Source: Moraxella nasovis
Lineage (GTDB): Bacteria; Pseudomonadota; Gammaproteobacteria; Pseudomonadales; Moraxellaceae
Length of the DNA stretch: 32,000 nt
Assembly: GCF_022701215.1 (NCBI RefSeq)
Contig: NZ_CP089976.1
Coordinates: 210,001 to 242,000, forward strand
Reading direction: 5' to 3'
The translations under genes and the position numbers were made by a program. The notes beneath the pieces were generated by a model. It ran no database searches. It was not told the origin of the DNA and saw nothing but the letters and a program-made list of their open reading frames with translations. Positions 26,660 through 32,000 of the stretch are shown piece after piece (positions within the stretch are counted from its first letter, which is position 1; each line of letters begins with the position of its first letter).

Positions 26660-27421
26660 TTAGTGTGTAGCTTCAGTGATTTGTGCTGACTGTTCGTCAA
26701 TGACCACTGATGGCGTGCTAATCGGTTCTACCTCTACACCCAAAGACTGTAATTTTAGGCTAAGTAGTGCACGCTCTTCTTGGCGATCACGCAAAGACTC
26801 CCAAGCAGCGGTATAGGCAGCTTTTGCATTCTCGATGTCATTTTTTGCCACATAAATATCGCCAAGCACTTCTTGTTTTGACGCCTCAAAGGCTTCTGGC
26901 AATGCTTTTTGCATCACTGCTTTTGCACCATCTGCATCACCCTTGGCAAGCAAAACTTGAGCAAGGCGTAAATCTGTAATCGCCATCAAGCCTGCATCAT
27001 CTAGCTTAATCGCTGCCGCTTGATTTAGTGAATCAGCAGCAGCTTGATAGTCTTCTTCATCACTTTGGTGGCGTGCTTTTAACATCAATGCCTGCCAAGC
27101 GTAAACACTATCGCCATGCTCTGCCACAAGCTTATCAATATCAGTATACAGCCGAGCCTTATCATCTGCCAATGCTTTTTTGGCGGTGTCGTCAAGATCA
27201 GGGTTTTGCTCGGCTAAAATAACCGCGTCATTTCGTTGACTGATTGACGCATAACTATCGGCTGCTACCACATCTACTTTGGCATAATGATTTTGATAGT
27301 ATTGCCACCCAAAAAAAGCCGCCAATACCAAAATAATCGCCCACAATATCTTGCTACCGTGCTGTTTTAAGGCGTTTAGTGCTTGTTGATTGTCTTGATT
27401 TTTATCTGCGTTTTGTGTCAT
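26660..27421 (-). CDS. yfgM: YfgM-family membrane-anchored TPR-like protein (ancillary SecYEG translocon subunit family)
   Basis: It has a single N-terminal TM segment (ILWAIILVLAAFFGWQYY) followed by an Ala-rich helical-repeat domain, and it sits in the conserved position between hisS and bamB. ATG 27421 (MTQNADKNQ), preceded by GAGAAG, is preferred over the 27478 start, which would overlap hisS by 47 nt. Confidence 0.8.
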   Translation of the reverse strand: MTQNADKNQDNQQALNALKQHGSKILWAIILVLAAFFGWQYYQNHYAKVDVVAADSYASISQRNDAVILAEQNPDLDDTAKKALADDKARLYTDIDKLVAEHGDSVYAWQALMLKARHQSDEEDYQAAADSLNQAAAIKLDDAGLMAITDLRLAQVLLAKGDADGAKAVMQKALPEAFEASKQEVLGDIYVAKNDIENAKAAYTAAWESLRDRQEERALLSLKLQSLGVEVEPISTPSVVIDEQSAQITEATH

Positions 27422-27431
27422 ATTCTTCTCT

Positions 27432-28715
27432 TTAAATTTTAAAATCAAAGGCGTCTTTTGACTGAGATGATTGCTCACCTGTTGCCATATCTTTTACACT
27501 TACCGTGTCGCCTGCCACTTCGTCAGCACCTATAATAACGGTGAATGCAGCTCCTGATTTGTCCGCTTTTTTCATTTGTGATTTTAATGAAGTTGCTGAA
27601 GCCATTTTTACTTTAAGGCTTGGGCGTGCGTGTCGTAATTGGTTGGCATACACGACAGCATGTAAATACTCATCTTCACTTGCCACCACGAACACATCAC
27701 AATCAGAAACATTCTTTAGCGGGGCAACTTCATCAATAAGCAACATCAATCGCTCCAACCCCATTGCAAAACCTACCGCAGGCTCAGATTGCTCAGGCTT
27801 ACCTTTGACAATACCTACCAAGCCATCATAACGCCCACCGCCACACACGGTTGCCTGCGAGCCTAGCTTATCTGTTACCCACTCAAAGACGGTTTTGTTA
27901 TAATAATCAAGCCCACGAACTAATTTTTCGTTAATTTCAAACTTAATACCAAGTGCCTTTAGATAGCTTTGAACTTGATTAAAGTGAGTACGACTCGCCT
28001 CGCCTAAAAAATCTGATAATTTTGGTGCACCAAGTAGTACCGCTTGAGTTTGCTCATCTTTACTATCCAAAATTCGTAAAGGATTTGTGGTTAATCGCCT
28101 TTGGCTATCGTCGTCTAGTTTATCAAAATGCGTGGATAAGTAATCCACCAAAGCCGTCTTATAAGCCAATCTTTCATCGGCTTCTCCAAGTGTATTTAAC
28201 TGCAAACAAACATGATCAGAAATGCCAAGACGCTGCCACATGGTATAAGTCAAAGCGATAAGCTCGCTGTCAGCGTCAGGCGACGGGCTACCAAAGCTTT
28301 CTACACCAAGCTGAGTAAACTGACGATAACGCCCTTTTTGCGGACGTTCATAACGAAACATCGCCCCCATGTACCAAAGCTTAGGCGTATCACCACGAGT
28401 TAGATTATGCTCCACCACTGCACGCACACACCCTGCTGTCCCTTCTGGACGTAAGGTAAAGCTAGCACTTTCGCCCTTTTCGCTGTTTTGGGAATTATGA
28501 TTGGCGACGCTAAACATCTCTTTTTCTACAATGTCGGTTGCTTCACCCACACCACGAGCGAACAGCTGTGTTTCTTCAACCAATGGCAGACGAATTTGAC
28601 TAAATCCATAGCCATCAAGCACTTGACTTAGTATATTTTCAACGTGTCGCCATTTTTTAGCATCGCTTGGTAAAATATCATTAAAGCCACGAATGGCGGT
28701 GATTTTACTCATCAT
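27432..28715 (-). CDS. hisS: Histidine--tRNA ligase
   Basis: 427 aa with class II aaRS motifs. The blocks [27 protein letters not shown] and GGGRYDGLV are diagnostic of HisRS. Confidence 0.96.
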   Translation of the reverse strand: MMSKITAIRGFNDILPSDAKKWRHVENILSQVLDGYGFSQIRLPLVEETQLFARGVGEATDIVEKEMFSVANHNSQNSEKGESASFTLRPEGTAGCVRAVVEHNLTRGDTPKLWYMGAMFRYERPQKGRYRQFTQLGVESFGSPSPDADSELIALTYTMWQRLGISDHVCLQLNTLGEADERLAYKTALVDYLSTHFDKLDDDSQRRLTTNPLRILDSKDEQTQAVLLGAPKLSDFLGEASRTHFNQVQSYLKALGIKFEINEKLVRGLDYYNKTVFEWVTDKLGSQATVCGGGRYDGLVGIVKGKPEQSEPAVGFAMGLERLMLLIDEVAPLKNVSDCDVFVVASEDEYLHAVVYANQLRHARPSLKVKMASATSLKSQMKKADKSGAAFTVIIGADEVAGDTVSVKDMATGEQSSQSKDAFDFKI

Positions 28716-28731
28716 TTACTCACTTGTTAAT

Positions 28732-29727
28732 TTATTTAAACTTTGTTAATTTACTTAAACATTGTGCCAATTGACCATCGGTCAAAATTTCATCAAATTC
28801 ATCTTTATAGCGATTGGGATTATTCACATCAAAGTCGGTCATCGTCTTTAAAAATCCTGCAAAATTTGGGCTTTTGTTGGCAAGTTCGCTGATGACCGAA
28901 TAATCCATATTTTCTTTAAATTTGGCAGGCGATACAATCTTGCTTTGATGAATATCTATCAGATTTAATTCAATAATACCAATACCAAAACTGATGCTTA
29001 ATTTTTGTAAGGCTTCTATAAATTGGCTGTCTGGCTTAATATTTACCGCCACTAAATATCCCTCATTCGCCCAACTAGAATTACTCACCGCCTGAAAAAA
29101 ACTTTCTTTATAATTACTAAAATTTAATTCTTTTTTAATTTCAAACGAAAAAACTTTGATGGGCAATTGGTCAAATTTGTTAATAAAATTTAACACACAG
29201 CTTTTTTGGTAATTAGCATATTCAAAACTCACCGCCACCATATCAGGATACAACCATCTATCTTCACCTTTTATCCCTTTTTGGCTTGTCTCATGGAAGA
29301 TGGTTTTTGAATACGCCATAAAGTAATCATCGTGCCTTAAAAAATAACTCAGCACTTGGTGTAAATCACGTTCATGAAAATAAGATTTTTGATTAAACTT
29401 TTTAGAATTTTCTAACTTAACAATTTCTTGAACTTCTTGATTTAACTCGTCATTGTTTTGATTTTTTAAAATATACTGCTTAGGCTTGGTATTGGGCATT
29501 TCTTGAAAATGCTTTTTGTCAGTATAAATAATTCTCATAAAAGTAATATTGGGGGTTTTACCAGAAAAACACCCTGTATTATCATCAAAAGTATTTAAAC
29601 GATATTGTAGTTTATTTTGGACAACAAATTCCCATAATTGACTTGGCGTAACAGGACGATTGACCATACTCATCGCCAATATCGCAAGTTCGGTAAAACT
29701 TAATTTATCGGTGTTTAAATTATCCAT
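28732..29727 (-). CDS. Hypothetical protein: N-terminal HARE-type winged helix-turn-helix plus C-terminal PD-(D/E)xK nuclease-fold core (candidate stand-alone DNA endonuclease)
   Basis: aa 8-88 (LSFTELAILAMSMVNRPVTPSQLWEFV...SGKTPNITFMRIIYTD...YILKN) fit the HARE-HTH pattern. aa 115-235 contain HERDLHQVL (E), WLYPDMVAV (D162), VFSFEIKKEL (E196-x-K198) and FFQAVSNSS (Q) in the order expected for a restriction-endonuclease fold. The ATG directly abuts the ispG stop (TAAATG). The gene is very AT-rich relative to its neighbours. Confidence 0.6.
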   Translation of the reverse strand: MDNLNTDKLSFTELAILAMSMVNRPVTPSQLWEFVVQNKLQYRLNTFDDNTGCFSGKTPNITFMRIIYTDKKHFQEMPNTKPKQYILKNQNNDELNQEVQEIVKLENSKKFNQKSYFHERDLHQVLSYFLRHDDYFMAYSKTIFHETSQKGIKGEDRWLYPDMVAVSFEYANYQKSCVLNFINKFDQLPIKVFSFEIKKELNFSNYKESFFQAVSNSSWANEGYLVAVNIKPDSQFIEALQKLSISFGIGIIELNLIDIHQSKIVSPAKFKENMDYSVISELANKSPNFAGFLKTMTDFDVNNPNRYKDEFDEILTDGQLAQCLSKLTKFK

Positions 29728-30855
29728 TTATCCCACTCTAATAATCTCTTTTGCCTTGGCAATCGCACGAGCTTCACCAAGCTCACGGGCTTTTTCACGC
29801 ACCATCTGCTCTATTTCATTGACAAGATTATTAGTGTCAATCAGATGGCTTTTTTGTCCCATTTTATACACCAAAGAATTAGGATTTGCCCCCACCACAC
29901 CGATGGTCGCCTCTTTGGCCTCACCCGGTCCATTGACCTTACAGCCGATGACCGATAAATTTAGTGGCTCTCTGATGTCTTCTAGTCTTGCTTCTAGTTC
30001 ATTCATCACTTTGATGACATCAAATTCTTGGCGACTACAACTAGGGCAAGCGATAAAATTCACGCCATTAGAGCGAATGCCCAATGATTTTAAAATATCA
30101 AAGCCGATTTTAATCTCTTCTTCTGGGGCGGCAGCGAGCGATATTCGCATGGTGTCGCCAATGCCATCAAGCAAAAGCCCACCCAAGGCAATCGCACTTT
30201 TGACCGTGCCTGTGCGATACACGCCAGCTTCTGTTACCCCCAAATGCAAGGGGTTGTCAATTTGGGCAGAGATGAGTCGATATGCGTCCAAAGTCAAAAA
30301 GACATTACTGGCTTTGACAGAGATTTTATAATTTTGAAAATCCAGTTTTTCTAAAATATCAATATGACGCATGGCAGATTCTAGCATTGCTTCGCCTGTT
30401 GGCTCGCCATATTTTTTTTGTAGATCTTTTTCTAGTGAGCCTGCGTTCACGCCAATGCGAATGGGGATATTGTGGTACTTGGCACAGGCGACCACTTCAC
30501 GCACTTTGGCGTCATTGCCAATATTGCCAGGATTGATACGCAAACAGTCCGCCCCTGCATCAGCTGCCGCCAAGGCGATTTTGTGGTCAAAATGAATGTC
30601 GGCGATGAGCGGAATATTCACCAGTTTTTTGATGTCAGCAAAAGCCTGCACGCTCTCCATCGTCGGTGTGGACACACGCATAAGATCCGCCCCTGCATCT
30701 ACGCAACGCTGTATTTGGGCGACAGTCGCTGCCACATCACAGGTATCTGTATTGGTCATACTTTGCACGCTGATGGGCGCATCACCACCGATGGCGACAG
30801 AGCCTACATGGATTTTGCGAGTAAGACGGCGTTTGATGGGACTGTGATTTGACAT
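29728..30855 (-). CDS. ispG: 4-hydroxy-3-methylbut-2-en-1-yl diphosphate synthase (flavodoxin)
   Basis: 375 aa. [28 protein letters not shown] and the Fe-S Cys motif [10 protein letters not shown]...[11 protein letters not shown] are IspG/GcpE signatures. Confidence 0.96.
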   Translation of the reverse strand: MSNHSPIKRRLTRKIHVGSVAIGGDAPISVQSMTNTDTCDVAATVAQIQRCVDAGADLMRVSTPTMESVQAFADIKKLVNIPLIADIHFDHKIALAAADAGADCLRINPGNIGNDAKVREVVACAKYHNIPIRIGVNAGSLEKDLQKKYGEPTGEAMLESAMRHIDILEKLDFQNYKISVKASNVFLTLDAYRLISAQIDNPLHLGVTEAGVYRTGTVKSAIALGGLLLDGIGDTMRISLAAAPEEEIKIGFDILKSLGIRSNGVNFIACPSCSRQEFDVIKVMNELEARLEDIREPLNLSVIGCKVNGPGEAKEATIGVVGANPNSLVYKMGQKSHLIDTNNLVNEIEQMVREKARELGEARAIAKAKEIIRVG

Positions 30856-30883
30856 ATCTCTTCCAAAATGTGTTTAAAGATTA

Positions 30884-31492
30884 TTAATCTGGATCATGGC
30901 TCATCAAGTGTGTCAGCTGCTCACGAACTTGTGGGTTTGTGCTGCCTGCCTGTATCGCCTTGGTAAAAGCCTGCTTAGCACCTGATTGATCACCCAGCTT
31001 TTGTAAGGTAAATCCAAGATTTTCTAGACTTTGGATACGTCCCACATAGCCTAGACTTGCAGCTGCTACACCAAAATAATGCACCGCTTCATGCTCACGC
31101 CCCATGCGTGCCAAGTAGACGCCATAGTTATTAAACGCTTGCATAAATTTGCCATCTAAATCGATAGCCTTACGAAAATAACCGTCTGCCTTTTGAAGGT
31201 TTATCGCACTACTTTCTGTCTGCAACAAGACACCCATCATATCATAAGCGGGCGCATATAAAGTGTCAGCAAGAAACGCCTTATCGAGCTGTCGCTTTGC
31301 TTCATCAAGCCGACCATCAGTGATATGCTGGGCAGCCAAGGCGGTACGAATGCGTGCAAGTTCAGTGTTTTTATCACTATTTAGCATCAAAATTTCGTCA
31401 ATCTGATTGCCGCCATCTGGCATACTGTGGCACGCAGATAATAGGACTGTGACCGCTAAAATAAGCCCAAGCTTAAAATATTGCACTCGCAT
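30884..31492 (-). CDS. pilW: Type IV pilus biogenesis/stability TPR lipoprotein PilW (PilF in Pseudomonas)
   Basis: Lipobox LLSAC. The TPR repeats include NNYGVYLARMGREHEAVHYF...SLENLGFTLQKLGDQSGAKQAF, which aligns with Pseudomonas PilF. The gene lies between rlmN and ispG. At 202 aa it is shorter than the canonical ~250 aa. Confidence 0.72.
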   Translation of the reverse strand: MRVQYFKLGLILAVTVLLSACHSMPDGGNQIDEILMLNSDKNTELARIRTALAAQHITDGRLDEAKRQLDKAFLADTLYAPAYDMMGVLLQTESSAINLQKADGYFRKAIDLDGKFMQAFNNYGVYLARMGREHEAVHYFGVAAASLGYVGRIQSLENLGFTLQKLGDQSGAKQAFTKAIQAGSTNPQVREQLTHLMSHDPD

Positions 31493-31554
31493 GATAAACC
31501 CATTCTAACAATTAATGGCTATTTTGCCAAACATTTCACACCATCAATTAAAAA

Positions 31555-32000
31555 TTAATCTTTTTGGCGACTTTGGATACTTTGTTGCCATTTTGCCGAA
31601 CGCCGTGTTTTATCCGCCACCTGACCAACAAGCTGTCCGCACGCCGCATCAATATCATCGCCACGAGTTTGGCGAATGGTACACACAAAACCTGCATTAT
31701 TTAAAATATTACTAAAGGCATGAATGCGATTGTTGCTTGACCGCTCGTAAGGGGCGTGCGGAAAGGGATTAAATGGTATCAGATTAATTTTACACGGCAA
31801 CTCTTTTAATAAATTAATAAGCTCATGAGCATGAACATCTGTATCATTGACGTCTTTTAGCATGACATATTCAATGGTAACGTGCTTTTTGTGGCGTGGG
31901 TTTTCATCATAGACATAGGCTTTAGCAGCTTGGATAAGCTCTGCCAAAGGGTATTTTTTGTTAATCGGTACAAGCTCGTTACGCAGCTTATCATTGGGGG
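31555..32000 (-). CDS. rlmN: 23S rRNA/tRNA (adenine-C2)-methyltransferase RlmN, C-terminal part (5' end outside window)
   Basis: Translation [41 protein letters not shown]...[16 protein letters not shown] matches the RlmN C-terminus. The frame stays open to the window edge. Confidence 0.92.
   Translation of the reverse strand, partial: PNDKLRNELVPINKKYPLAELIQAAKAYVYDENPRHKKHVTIEYVMLKDVNDTDVHAHELINLLKELPCKINLIPFNPFPHAPYERSSNNRIHAFSNILNNAGFVCTIRQTRGDDIDAACGQLVGQVADKTRRSAKWQQSIQSRQKD

Noticed and set aside
1095-28403. Many other 60-120-aa nested or antisense ORFs in the track (for example 1095-1277, 5044-5302, 7139-7342, 7675-7914, 8158-8674, 9317-9668, 11667-12545, 15262-15661, 16113-16493, 17520-18070, 19499-19745, 24432-24977, 26767-27222, 27505-28403).
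   Set aside because: Each overlaps a longer ORF that has clear family motifs. None has a signal, a motif or a ribosome-binding site that I could see.
29660-30852. Several long plus-strand ORFs (223, 74, 126 and 83 aa) antisense to ispG.
   Set aside because: They lie entirely inside the well-supported ispG gene on the opposite strand. Their translations are low-complexity Ser/Ala/Leu-rich strings with no recognisable motifs. This is the typical stop-codon-poor antisense frame of a relatively GC-rich gene.
1-32000. A8/T8 homopolymer tracts (for example 13024-13031, 13210-13217, 23945-23952, 26373-26380, 30408-30415) as phase-variation switches.
   Set aside because: They lie in housekeeping genes (ubiC, der, bamB, ispG), where they simply encode Lys-Lys or Phe-Phe in an AT-rich genome. 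The tracts are short, and none sits in a surface-protein gene or promoter spacer.
1-32000. Scan for CRISPR arrays, tRNA/rRNA genes, IS elements, integrases and flanking direct repeats around the two accessory loci.
   Set aside because: By eye I found no regularly spaced repeats, T-loop-like GGTTCGAATCC motifs, transposase- or integrase-like translations, or convincing direct repeats at 16837-16907 versus 20669-20768 or around 28716-29730.

Overview
Chromosomal window of about 40-45% GC, probably from a gammaproteobacterium of the Moraxellaceae (Moraxella/Psychrobacter-like; this is inferred from protein similarity and is not verified). Most of it is housekeeping in recognisable syntenic blocks. 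These are: the gcvP 3' end; trpG-trpD-trpC; pyrH-frr-uppS-cdsA (minus strand); rep; ubiC; ispB; a class I DAHP synthase; smr-lpxB-rnhB; and the long conserved minus-strand block rlmN-pilW-ispG-hisS-yfgM-bamB-der. I saw no rRNA, tRNA, CRISPR array, IS element or integrase. Two places look accessory. (1) A very AT-rich 331-aa gene (28732..29727) sits between ispG and hisS, with its ATG directly abutting the ispG stop codon. It reads as an N-terminal HARE-type winged helix plus a PD-(D/E)xK nuclease-fold core, so it is a candidate stand-alone DNA-targeting or defence gene inside an essential operon. (2) A four-gene minus-strand cluster (16908..20146) has a divergent XRE-family regulator (20273..20668). 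It encodes three small signal-peptide proteins followed by a 559-aa mosaic membrane protein (J-domain with HPD, DUF805-like membrane core, 11-residue Ala/Gln/Glu repeats, DUF1311-like two-Cys module, C-terminal beta-rich domain). Smaller observations are an unannotated 53-aa basic ORF, several strong hairpins and terminators, an atypical COG0720 (QueD/PTPS) paralog, and no rodZ-sized gene between pilW and ispG. All family assignments come from reading the translations by eye and need HMM or structure searches to confirm.
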